64,000 bases of DNA, from contig DASPMO010000154.1 of the NCBI GenBank assembly GCA_035627015.1, forward strand, positions 3,537 to 67,536, written 5' to 3'. Source of the stretch: Thermoanaerobaculia bacterium (GTDB taxonomy: Bacteria; Acidobacteriota; Thermoanaerobaculia; Gp7-AA8). The notes beneath the pieces are model-generated. The model was not told the origin of the DNA. It saw only the letters and a list, made by a program, of their open reading frames with translations, and made no database searches. Positions 17,722 through 26,442 of this stretch are shown here, piece after piece (positions within the stretch are counted from its first letter, which is position 1; every line of letters begins with the position of its first letter). The translations under genes and the position numbers were made by a program.

Positions 17722-20700
17722 CCGACGACATGAGCCGCTGCCCGACACCGGAACAGATTGCAGCGTTCGTCGCGGGGAACCTGTCGGGTGATGAATTGAC
17801 GATGGTGGCGGATCACTTGCGCGACTGTGAAGATTGCCGTTCGATCGCGGGCGACGCGGCGTGGGTCGATCGCGAGAGCGAGGAGGCCACGCCAGCGGCG
17901 GCGGAGCCGATCCGGCCGCCGCGGCGAATCAGCCCGTGGTGGCTGGCCGCGGCAGCCGCCGCGCTCGCGGGCATCGCCTACTTCACGGCGTGGCACGGGC
18001 TGGCGCCCGATCGCAATGCGGCCATTCACCGGTTGGTCGCGGCGGCCCCGCGCGACGGCCGCTACATCGAGCCTCGCATTACCGGCGGCTTCGCCTGGGC
18101 GCCGATGCTGCCGGTGCGGCGCGATGACGGCGAGGCACTCGAGCCGCGACAAATGAAGCTCGTCGGCGTTGCCGGCGAGGTGCTCGAAGAAGCCGCAAAA
18201 GACCCCTCGCGCGAGACACAACACGCAAGCGCGGTCGCCCATCTTCTGGCCGGACGGCCCAATGACGCGGCGGAAGTGCTTCGAACGCTGGCGTCACCGA
18301 CCGACGCGCGCGTCTGGAGCGATCTTGCCGCGGCTCGTTACACGGCCGGGGTCCAATCGAATCAGCCCATACGTTTCGCGGAGGCACTTGCCGCCGCGGA
18401 TGCCGCGCTGCGAATCGATCCCCGTCTTGCGGAGGCGCTCTTCAACCGCGCGCTCATCCTCGAGCGTCTCGGTCTGCGCGATCGCGCGCGCGAAGCGTGG
18501 CAGCAATACCTCGCCGCCGACACCGCCAGCGACTGGGCAAACGAGGCGCGGAAGCATCTCCAACAGCTTCAGCCCGTGAGCGACTTTCGCGAGGAGCTCG
18601 AGCGGCATTACGCGCACCTCGTCCGCGACGAGGCGGCAGCGCGCGCGCTGGCGCAACGCTACCCGCAGGAGGCGAGGCTGTGGGGCGAAACGCAAATCCT
18701 CGGCCGCTGGGCAGAGGCGTATCAGCAAGCGAAAAGCGAGGAGGCCGCGAACCATCTCCGGCTCGCACGCACGTTCGGCGACGAGCTGGCGCGGTCTCGC
18801 GGCGATCGGATGTTGCACGACGCTGTCGCCATCATTCTCGCCGCTGATGCGGAGCAGCGGCACGATCTGGCAGAGGCGCATCTCCACTTTCGCGCCGCCC
18901 AGCAGCGATTCATGGCCGCGAAGCCGATCGAGGCGGCGCCGCTGTTCGAACAAGCCGCGCGCGAGTTCGAGCGGGGGAAGAGTCCGGTCGTCTTGCTCGC
19001 GCGCTACTTTCTGGCGAACACCAAGTACGCGCGCGGCCGTCTGGCGGAGTCGCAGCCGTCGATCGAGCAACTCCTCGCCACCGCACCTCCGCAGTACCCG
19101 GCGCATCGTGCGCAGGTTCTCTGGCAGGCCGGACTCGGCAAGGCAGGCGACGGGAAGTGGGGAGCGGCGATCGATGCGCTCGACGAGAGCGTCCGCACAT
19201 TCGAGCGGCTGGGAGAAAAACGGTACGCCGCGGTTGTGCGCAGCATTCTTGCGGAGGTTTACGACCAGATCGGCGACCGGCGGGCCGCCGAGACGACGCG
19301 CATGCTCGCACTCCAGGAGCTGGGGCGTACCGAGGACTCGCGCCTGCAGGTGACCGTGCAGGCGGCCGCACGTGCAGCGGCGATGGATCGCGACTGGCCG
19401 GTCAGCCTTTCGTTCTTCGACCTGCTTCTGGCAATGCCGCGTCGCGGACGCAGCGATCTGCTGCAGGCGAACTCGCTCCTGTTCCGCGCCCGGATCCGTG
19501 GCCGCGTCGGACAGAGCGCCGGGGCGGCGGCGGATCTGGCCGACGCGACGGAAGCGATCGGCAGGATCGAAGATCCGGACGTGCGAGCGCGCGCGGAAGC
19601 CGATCACCTCGCGGTGACGGGCTTTCTCGCCGCGTCGCCTGCAGACGCGGTCGCACACCTGACGCGTGCCATGGAGTTTCATCGGACCAAGGGCCGCCGA
19701 ATGTTCCTGCCCGAGATGTATCTCGAGCGCGGCCGGGCGTACGCCGCATTGGGCAACCGGCCGGCGGCGTCGGCCGACTACGAAGCCGGCATCCAGGAGC
19801 TCGAGACGCAGCGGCGTTCGCTGCGTCCTGGTGACGAGCGGTGGGGCATCTTCGCGTCCGGGGCGGAGTTGTTCGACGAGGCCGTCGCGCTGGCGCTCGC
19901 GCGCGGCGATGAAGCAGCGGCGTTCGCATACTCCGAGAGAGCACGCGCGCGGGAGTTGCTCGACTCGATGGGCGATACACCCGCCGCGGAGGCGCTCGCG
20001 TCGCTGCCGCTGGCGCCGGCGGGGACGGTGCTGATCGAGTACGCCGCCCTCCCCTCCTCCCTGGTCACTTTCGTGGTGGACCGCCGCGGATTGCGCGTCG
20101 TGCAGACACCGGTCTCGCGGATCACGCTTGCACTCGAAACCGAGCGGCTCGCCGACAGCGCCCTAAGGAGCGACACGGCTCGCTTTCGCAAGGAAGCGGC
20201 GCTGCTCTATTCACGGCTGCTGATGCCGATCGCGAACGAGATCAGCGACGGCCGTACGCTCGTCTTCGTTCCCGACACGACGTTGAGCGTCGTGCCGTTC
20301 GCCGCGTTGATGGATGCGACCGGGAAGCACGTGATCGAGCGCAACCCGGTGGTGACGTCGCCCAGCGCGGCGGTGTTCGCGCGACTCTCCTCCCGCCCGC
20401 GCTCCGCCGAACGCACGCTGCGGTTGCTGCTCATCGCCGGTCCGGCGGGCCAGGAAGGGAACGTCCGCCAGCTCACGTCCGCACAACGCGAGGCGGATGC
20501 AGTGGCCGCCGCATACGACGAAACGATCGAGCCGAAGAACGACGACCGCGCCTCGTTCGAAAGCAGCGCGGCCGAAGCGGACGTCATTCACTTCGTGGGA
20601 CACGCCGACATCCCGGCGTCCGGTTCGGAGGGAGCGCTGGTCACCTCCCGAGGTGCGAACGGGCGGCTCGACGTGCGCAGCATCGCCTCGCTGCGCCTGA

Positions 20701-20996
20701 CACGCACGCGCGCCGTGGTGCTTGCCGCGTGCGGCACCGCGCGCGGACAGCGCCGCGCCGGCGAGGCGACCCTCAGCGTCGCGAGCGCATTCCTCGCCGC
20801 GGGCGCTCCGAGCGTCGTGGCGACCCTCTGGCCCATCGACGACGATCCCGCCGCGGAGTTCTTCCCGCGGCTCCATCGCTATCTCGCGGATGGCTTCAGT
20901 CCCGCTGAAGCGGTCCGCGCCACGCAGCTCGAATGGATTCGAAGGCGCGATGCCCCGCCCGGCCTCTGGGCGGCGGTCCAAATCATCGGTAGCTGA
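17718..20996 (+). CDS. anti-sigma (zf-HC2) - TM - TPR - CHAT fusion protein
   Basis: N-terminal CPTPEQIAAFVAGNLSGDELTMVADHLRDCEDC matches the zf-HC2 anti-sigma pattern. TM helix: WWLAAAAAALAGIAYF. TPR-like repeats are present (ALRIDPRLAEALFNRALILERLG etc.). C-terminal CHAT dyad: ADVIHFVGHADI ... RAVVLAACGTARG. The gene is translationally coupled to the sigma factor. Confidence 0.85.
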   Translation: MTDDMSRCPTPEQIAAFVAGNLSGDELTMVADHLRDCEDCRSIAGDAAWVDRESEEATPAAAEPIRPPRRISPWWLAAAAAALAGIAYFTAWHGLAPDRNAAIHRLVAAAPRDGRYIEPRITGGFAWAPMLPVRRDDGEALEPRQMKLVGVAGEVLEEAAKDPSRETQHASAVAHLLAGRPNDAAEVLRTLASPTDARVWSDLAAARYTAGVQSNQPIRFAEALAAADAALRIDPRLAEALFNRALILERLGLRDRAREAWQQYLAADTASDWANEARKHLQQLQPVSDFREELERHYAHLVRDEAAARALAQRYPQEARLWGETQILGRWAEAYQQAKSEEAANHLRLARTFGDELARSRGDRMLHDAVAIILAADAEQRHDLAEAHLHFRAAQQRFMAAKPIEAAPLFEQAAREFERGKSPVVLLARYFLANTKYARGRLAESQPSIEQLLATAPPQYPAHRAQVLWQAGLGKAGDGKWGAAIDALDESVRTFERLGEKRYAAVVRSILAEVYDQIGDRRAAETTRMLALQELGRTEDSRLQVTVQAAARAAAMDRDWPVSLSFFDLLLAMPRRGRSDLLQANSLLFRARIRGRVGQSAGAAADLADATEAIGRIEDPDVRARAEADHLAVTGFLAASPADAVAHLTRAMEFHRTKGRRMFLPEMYLERGRAYAALGNRPAASADYEAGIQELETQRRSLRPGDERWGIFASGAELFDEAVALALARGDEAAAFAYSERARARELLDSMGDTPAAEALASLPLAPAGTVLIEYAALPSSLVTFVVDRRGLRVVQTPVSRITLALETERLADSALRSDTARFRKEAALLYSRLLMPIANEISDGRTLVFVPDTTLSVVPFAALMDATGKHVIERNPVVTSPSAAVFARLSSRPRSAERTLRLLLIAGPAGQEGNVRQLTSAQREADAVAAAYDETIEPKNDDRASFESSAAEADVIHFVGHADIPASGSEGALVTSRGANGRLDVRSIASLRLTRTRAVVLAACGTARGQRRAGEATLSVASAFLAAGAPSVVATLWPIDDDPAAEFFPRLHRYLADGFSPAEAVRATQLEWIRRRDAPPGLWAAVQIIGS

Positions 20997-21028
20997 ACTC
21001 CAACACAACTCGGAGAGAAGGAGAACGT

Positions 21029-21745
21029 ATGCCTTACAAGGTGCAGTTCGTGGGATTGGTGTGTTTTTATCGCGAGCACGGCGGCCGGCAGGTGTTGCTT
21101 CCGGACGGCCGCGAGCCTGGCGACGGCATTGAACCGCACTACGCGTCGATCCGCGTCGCGAAGAACGACGTGCTCGAGGCAAGCGGCTGGGACGACAGCG
21201 CCGACACGGAGCAGGGCACGTACGTCCTTCCGCCGTGCTGGGTGAGCCTGGAGGGCGTCGACAGCGACGGGACGCTCAACACCTCGGAGCACGACAATCG
21301 TCTGCCGCAGCTGAAGCAGATCGACACGAACTTCGAGATCGACCCGGAGCGCGCGCAGACGGTCGCCCGCTTGCGCATCCGCCAGGGCTCCCTCGGCGCG
21401 TACCGCATCCCCGGCGGCACGGCGGCGATCTCTCAGCTCGACGTGCCGCACGACGGCGAGATCCACGTGGCGATCACCCCCCGCGACGGCTCGCCCGAGC
21501 GCACGCTGCGCCTCCGCCCCGGAACCGAAGTGATGCTTGCGAACATGGCGGCCAGCGGCTACACGACCAGTACGACGTTCAACAATCACTTCAAGATCTA
21601 CGAGAAGCTGAGCCTGCGCCCGGTGTCGCTGCACGAACCGTCCTCCGTGCCTCTGGTGCCTCCCTCAGACTCGCAGCATCCCGCGTTCCTGCGTGGCGAG
21701 CCGATCGGACTGTCCGTGGACTGCACGAACACCGGCTGCTGCTGA
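21029..21745 (+). CDS. hypothetical protein (last gene of the plus-strand cluster)
   Basis: 238-aa ORF, preceded by ggagagaaggaga (SD-like) about 8 nt upstream. It ends in CTNTGCC. No motif recognised. Confidence 0.55.
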   Translation: MPYKVQFVGLVCFYREHGGRQVLLPDGREPGDGIEPHYASIRVAKNDVLEASGWDDSADTEQGTYVLPPCWVSLEGVDSDGTLNTSEHDNRLPQLKQIDTNFEIDPERAQTVARLRIRQGSLGAYRIPGGTAAISQLDVPHDGEIHVAITPRDGSPERTLRLRPGTEVMLANMAASGYTTSTTFNNHFKIYEKLSLRPVSLHEPSSVPLVPPSDSQHPAFLRGEPIGLSVDCTNTGCC

Positions 21746-21751
21746 ACGGCA

Positions 21752-21976
21752 TCACAAGGGCGTGACCTGCCCGGCGACGTCGACGAATACCGGAACACCG
21801 TCGACGTCGTCGGGAATGTCGCCCGCTGCAGGCCGCCGATCGACCAAGACTTTCACGCCATAGCCCTCACCCGCGGCGACGATCCCAAGACCGCGCAGAC
21901 CGGCGAGGCGTCCGAGGAGTCGGAGCCGGAGCTCGTTCTTCGCGGCGCGCGCCTGCTCGAGCGTGGGGCCGCTCAC
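21752..21976 (-). CDS. small hypothetical protein, resembles the N-terminal pro-region of the adjacent protease
   Basis: 74-aa ORF. Its GTG start overlaps the protease stop (GTGA at 21973-21976). The pattern GLGIVAAGEGYGVKVLVD...VDGVPVFVDVAGQV loosely parallels residues of about 30-80 of the protease. Confidence 0.45.
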   Translation of the reverse strand: MSGPTLEQARAAKNELRLRLLGRLAGLRGLGIVAAGEGYGVKVLVDRRPAAGDIPDDVDGVPVFVDVAGQVTPL

Positions 21977-22908
21977 GAAGCGAACGTGACGCCGAGTGCC
22001 GACAGAACGTCACCGATCGGATTGGCGTAGCCGCGCCCCCAGTTGCCTGGACCGCCCGCGCGCGTATTGAGGAAGAGCAGCCCCACGGGCTCGCAGTCAC
22101 GCGTGAAGACGAGCGAGCCACTGTCGCCCGGCAGGCACCACGGCGCCGCGTCGCGCGATTCGATCTCGATCTGGCCCGAGAACGAGAGGCGGCCGCAGCG
22201 ATAGTCGACGTCGAAGAAGTCGAGCTCGATCGCGGTGATGATCCCCTGCGTCCGACCCGTCGTGCGACCGATCTTCTCCACCAAAAGCTGTGTCTCGGCG
22301 ATGGCAACCGTCGATCGCAGTCGCTCGGTCGGACTGAGCGCCAGCGGGTCGAAGGAAAGACCGGGGACGAGCCGTGCGAAAGCGCAGTCGACGCTCTGTC
22401 CTTCTGGCCGCAAACGGGGGTAGTCACCGCAGAGATGGCCGATGACGTCATTGGGAGAGCGCCCGGAGTCGGCGGCGGCGGGATGAAGAATCTCGTCCGC
22501 GTCGACGCCGCGATTCTGGGCGGCGAGTACGTGGTTGTTCGACACGACGCCGACCTCACCTCCCTTCACCGCGAAGAAGCCGATCGTGCCCGCGGGATGC
22601 TCGTAGTGCGCCACCGATGCGCCGATGGAGAGACTCCGCGTCGGCCGCGCATCGCTCGCCGGCAGTACGAGTCGCGGCCCCGTGTACTTGAGGTCCACCT
22701 CGCCAACCGCCTCTTTTTCGAGGTGCGCCAGCAGGTCGGGGTCGACGTCCTCCTCGCTGCGTGCGCGCACGGCCAGGCGGTGTTCGTCGGGTTTGCCGCC
22801 GAGCGCCACGCCGATGGCCATGTTGGCCTTCTCGTCGCTGCGCGCGGTCAGCCAGCGGGGATCGGCCGCGATCGAGCTTTTCAGATCACGAACGGAGCTC
22901 AATCTCAT
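21973..22908 (-). CDS. trypsin-like (S1/chymotrypsin-fold) serine protease
   Basis: Track ORF 21973..23433 trimmed to ATG 22908, which overlaps the upstream stop (ATGA). Candidate triad contexts: VVSNNHVLA (His), ADEILHP or SVDCAFARL (candidate Asp) and LPGDSGSLVF (the classic GDSG Ser). Confidence 0.8.
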   Translation of the reverse strand: MRLSSVRDLKSSIAADPRWLTARSDEKANMAIGVALGGKPDEHRLAVRARSEEDVDPDLLAHLEKEAVGEVDLKYTGPRLVLPASDARPTRSLSIGASVAHYEHPAGTIGFFAVKGGEVGVVSNNHVLAAQNRGVDADEILHPAAADSGRSPNDVIGHLCGDYPRLRPEGQSVDCAFARLVPGLSFDPLALSPTERLRSTVAIAETQLLVEKIGRTTGRTQGIITAIELDFFDVDYRCGRLSFSGQIEIESRDAAPWCLPGDSGSLVFTRDCEPVGLLFLNTRAGGPGNWGRGYANPIGDVLSALGVTFAS

Positions 22909-25295
22909 GACATACCTCCGGCGCGCTGCAGGCGGCGCCTCCGCACTTCCGCTGCGAACTCGCGCAGCGATGCCTCGTCGTTGAACGGTGACGTGGAGAA
23001 GAGCGTGTAAATGTCGGCGCGCATCGCGCCGTTGCGGATGTTGGTCAATGCGACGAAGAGCTCCGCAACCGCATCGCGATAGATGCCGACGACCGCCGAG
23101 CTGCGCGCCCACGTCGTGAGACATTCGTCGAGACTGTCGCGGAGGTTCTGCTGCAAGGCGTGCGGGAGCGAGTATGCGGCGTTGACCGCGGCGTGCACGT
23201 CCGCGAGAAAACCGGCCAGCTGCTCGACGGCATCGCTGCGGCTCGCGAGCGAGTAGACGATCGGGCTGATCGGATGACCGCCCGTGAGCGAGCGCATGTT
23301 CGCGGCGACGCTCTCCAACTGCTCGGCGATGCCTCCATGCAGGAACAGCAGCGCCACCAATGCGCCGGCGGGCGAACCGCCTTTGGAGATCCAGACGCGC
23401 ATCGCCTTCAGCACCTCCACCGCATCGCCGCACAGGCAGAGATAGACCACGGCCTGCATCGTTGCCATGACCGCGGCGGCACGGCGGCCGCGCAGCTCCC
23501 TCGCAAATCGCGCCAATCGGAACCGGTGGATGAGCAGGTCTTCCGCGGTCTGCTTCGACGGCGTTCGTGCGAGGCCGCGGTTGACGATGTCCGAGACGCG
23601 GCCGATCTCGTTCAGATCGGCCATGACCGGCGCGAGCTTCTCCACCGCGATGACCCCGAGACGGTCCATCGCCAACTCAGGAACGTCTTCGCCGAGTTGC
23701 GAATAAGCGGAGATCGCGGTGAGCAGCCCGTCGCTCTCCGCGCGCTCGTCCCCTGCGCCATCCCCGATGAGCGCGTCGATGGCGCTCATCGCCGTCTGCT
23801 TGTAGCGCTCGTTGTCGCTGGCGAGCATGCCTTGCAGCAGGCTCCCGACCAGCGGACGCTGGCGATCGCTGCGTGGCCAGTCGCGCCGCGCGATCGGAAT
23901 GGAGATCGAGAGCGGATCGAGCTCGCCGACGCGGCCGATCATCTGCGCCGCGAGCGCGCGCACGCCGTAGTCGCCGGCCTCCTCCGCCAGCGTGCGCAAC
24001 GCCGGGACGAGCATCGTCAGCACGCGGCGGTTGTGCGTGAGGGCGTGCTGCCAGATGAGCGTCGCGTAGGTTTCGTCGCGGAACCGGACGGCGTCGCCGA
24101 GACGCGAGGCATCACGGCCGATCTCGGCGCGGCAGCGGGTCAGAAGCCGGTCGTCCGACAGTGATTGGCCGGTCGTGTGCTCGTCGGTCTCGAGCTCCTG
24201 CGACTCCGGCCGGCGGCGACGCGGAAAGAGCTCGGTGTCGTTCTTCACGCGATCCGTGATCGCCCGCCGAATGGTTTCGAACTCGAACCAGCCGACCCCG
24301 CTCGCCTCGCGCGCGGAGTGCGCGAGCGCGAGCGTCAGCGCGAAGCACCAGGCGTCGACGTCCGCGGCGAGGTCTTTCGCGAACCAGTGGCCGCCGACAT
24401 CATTGAAGAGACGCAGTGCGGCGTCGACGTCGGGATCGCCTGTCGCAAAGAGATCGAGGAACTGTGCGACGCGCTGCAGCGACCGGAGCTCGTCGATCAG
24501 CCGGCTCCGGTGCGCGGCCGCGGCCTGGACGTGCGCCGCAGTGGCCAGCTTTTTCTTTTCGAGCCACTGCAGGCGCCGGTCGGTGCCGCGCGCCACGAGA
24601 TCGCGCGTGAGCGGCGGCACCACGCGGCATTCGAGGCACGTGTGGAGCTGGCGGAACTTCTCGATGTCCTGGGTTTCGGCGGTGAAGAGCAGAAATGCCG
24701 AGTTGGCGCGGAGAGTCTCGGCGATGCCTTCCCACCCGACCCGCGCGGTGCCGTCGAAGAAATCGTACAGTTGGCGGTTGTGGCGCGAGAAGACGTCCAG
24801 GAAGATCGTCGCGCGTCTACCGAAGTCCTCGACGTTGTCCACGACGGCATGAACGTCGATGCTCACGGCCCGCGCGAGCGGTTCGACTTTGAGCGTGTTG
24901 GCGCGCAGATTCGCTCGTCGCGCGACGAGCGTGCTCAGGTGCGCCGCCAGTGTCGCCTTGCCGGTGCCGCGCTCGCCGGTGAGGAGGAGCACGCGATGTT
25001 TCTCGAGATCCGCGACGAGAGCGCGGATCCAGTCCTCGTTCGCGACGAACACGGCGTCGAGCATGTCCGTTTGCTCGGCATCGATCTGCGACGCACTCTC
25101 CACCGAAAACGTGATCGGTTTGGAAGCATCGGGCAGCAGGTTGTTGACGAAGCTGCCGATGATGGTCGCCTCGCGTGCGTGAATGTCGCCGGTGTTGGCG
25201 CTCCCGTTGACCGAAAGACCATCGTCCGTCATCGGCGGCGGTGGCGTTGTCGTTGTCGATTCGGGCGTGTTGGGCGACTCGGGCGTTTCGGTCAT
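22905..25295 (-). CDS. large P-loop NTPase (STAND/AAA+-like) with long C-terminal alpha-helical repeat region
   Basis: Trimmed to ATG 25295, 10 nt after the upstream stop at 25306. Walker A: VLLLTGERGTGKATLAAHL. Walker-B-like: RRATIFLDVF. About 550 aa of helical (HEAT/ARM-like) sequence follows. The N-terminus is a low-complexity Thr/Pro tract followed by SVNGSANTGDIHAREATIIGSFVNN. Confidence 0.75.
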   Translation of the reverse strand: MTETPESPNTPESTTTTPPPPMTDDGLSVNGSANTGDIHAREATIIGSFVNNLLPDASKPITFSVESASQIDAEQTDMLDAVFVANEDWIRALVADLEKHRVLLLTGERGTGKATLAAHLSTLVARRANLRANTLKVEPLARAVSIDVHAVVDNVEDFGRRATIFLDVFSRHNRQLYDFFDGTARVGWEGIAETLRANSAFLLFTAETQDIEKFRQLHTCLECRVVPPLTRDLVARGTDRRLQWLEKKKLATAAHVQAAAAHRSRLIDELRSLQRVAQFLDLFATGDPDVDAALRLFNDVGGHWFAKDLAADVDAWCFALTLALAHSAREASGVGWFEFETIRRAITDRVKNDTELFPRRRRPESQELETDEHTTGQSLSDDRLLTRCRAEIGRDASRLGDAVRFRDETYATLIWQHALTHNRRVLTMLVPALRTLAEEAGDYGVRALAAQMIGRVGELDPLSISIPIARRDWPRSDRQRPLVGSLLQGMLASDNERYKQTAMSAIDALIGDGAGDERAESDGLLTAISAYSQLGEDVPELAMDRLGVIAVEKLAPVMADLNEIGRVSDIVNRGLARTPSKQTAEDLLIHRFRLARFARELRGRRAAAVMATMQAVVYLCLCGDAVEVLKAMRVWISKGGSPAGALVALLFLHGGIAEQLESVAANMRSLTGGHPISPIVYSLASRSDAVEQLAGFLADVHAAVNAAYSLPHALQQNLRDSLDECLTTWARSSAVVGIYRDAVAELFVALTNIRNGAMRADIYTLFSTSPFNDEASLREFAAEVRRRRLQRAGGMS

Positions 25296-25305
25296 GGCCA
25301 GGCTT

Positions 25306-26442
25306 TCACTGCAGCCGCTCGCGAAGATTGCGCGGCTGCACGAGCGTCTCGAGGTAATCCGACTGCGGGCCGGACAGGCTGGCCTGTGACGCCGCGTCGA
25401 TGACGCGACTGCGATAACCATTCACGACCTCGTCGTCCGGCTTCTCCTCGGGCAGCAACTCGGCGATGAGGTGCAGCAGCGCGGATTGCAGCTTGCGTTT
25501 CACGCCCGGCGTGCAGTTGAGCTGCGAGGTCTCCGTCACGACTTCGATGAGGACGGACGCCAGACCACTCTGCCCAGCGGCGGGAAGAAGTGTCTGCGCG
25601 CCGGCGCTCGGACCGCCGAGGAGGTGGGAGCCGCCGGAGGCGAACGGATCGCCGGCACTACCGTTGAACAATGTGCGCACGCCGCCGATCATCTGGACGA
25701 AATCCGTCGGGGTGCGCACCGACGTCACGCCGTTCTGCATGCCCGCGTCGAGCGCGCGAACTCCGGCGTCGAGGATCCGGCGGCCGGCCGCGATCCTGGC
25801 GAGCTCGTTCGCGTGGTTTTCCTTGACCACATCGAGCTCGTGCTTCTCCTTGGCCACCGCGACGGCGACGTGAACTTCCGGCACGTCGTGATGCAGCTCG
25901 ATGTTCTGCACGTGCAGCCCGACGGAATTGGCCACGGAGTTCACCGACGGGATCACCGCGGCAACGACGTCGCTCTCGACGCGCCGGAACTGATTGGTGA
26001 TGTCGATCCAGCGGCACGACGCGACGCGCTTCTGCAGCGCGCCGACCGCCGCCTCGCGGACGATCCGAAGCGGATCGCGGTTGCGGTTGGCTACCAGCTC
26101 GCGCGGGTCGCTGACGCGGTACGTCAGATCGATCTTCAGCGTGAACGAGTGCAGCATGTCGTCCATCTTCACGTCGGCACCGAATTGCGCGGAGAGGAAC
26201 GACGCGGCAGGAACGGCGTACGCGAAGCAGCGCGATTCTTTGCGCCACGGCACGAGCTCTTCGAAGAACCCCTTCTTCTTTGCCTCCTCGCCCGGCACCA
26301 GGACGCGGCGGATCTTCTCGCCGCCGCCGGCGGTGCTTTCGAGCACGACGATGTGGTGGCCGTCGAGAGCGTCGGCATTGTGTTCTTTCAAGAGCTGGTG
26401 CGTGAAGGTGAGATTTTCGGCCACGGTGATCTCCTCGTTCAT
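25306..26442 (-). CDS. hypothetical protein with SPFH/Band-7-like central region
   Basis: 378-aa ORF. Its ATG overlaps the upstream stop (ATGA at 26439-26442). FTLKIDLTYRVSDPRELVANRNRDPLRIVREAAVGALQKRVASCRWIDI resembles the SPFH core pattern, followed by a helical segment (AVAKEKHELDVVKENHANELARIAAGRR). Confidence 0.55.
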   Translation of the reverse strand: MNEEITVAENLTFTHQLLKEHNADALDGHHIVVLESTAGGGEKIRRVLVPGEEAKKKGFFEELVPWRKESRCFAYAVPAASFLSAQFGADVKMDDMLHSFTLKIDLTYRVSDPRELVANRNRDPLRIVREAAVGALQKRVASCRWIDITNQFRRVESDVVAAVIPSVNSVANSVGLHVQNIELHHDVPEVHVAVAVAKEKHELDVVKENHANELARIAAGRRILDAGVRALDAGMQNGVTSVRTPTDFVQMIGGVRTLFNGSAGDPFASGGSHLLGGPSAGAQTLLPAAGQSGLASVLIEVVTETSQLNCTPGVKRKLQSALLHLIAELLPEEKPDDEVVNGYRSRVIDAASQASLSGPQSDYLETLVQPRNLRERLQ

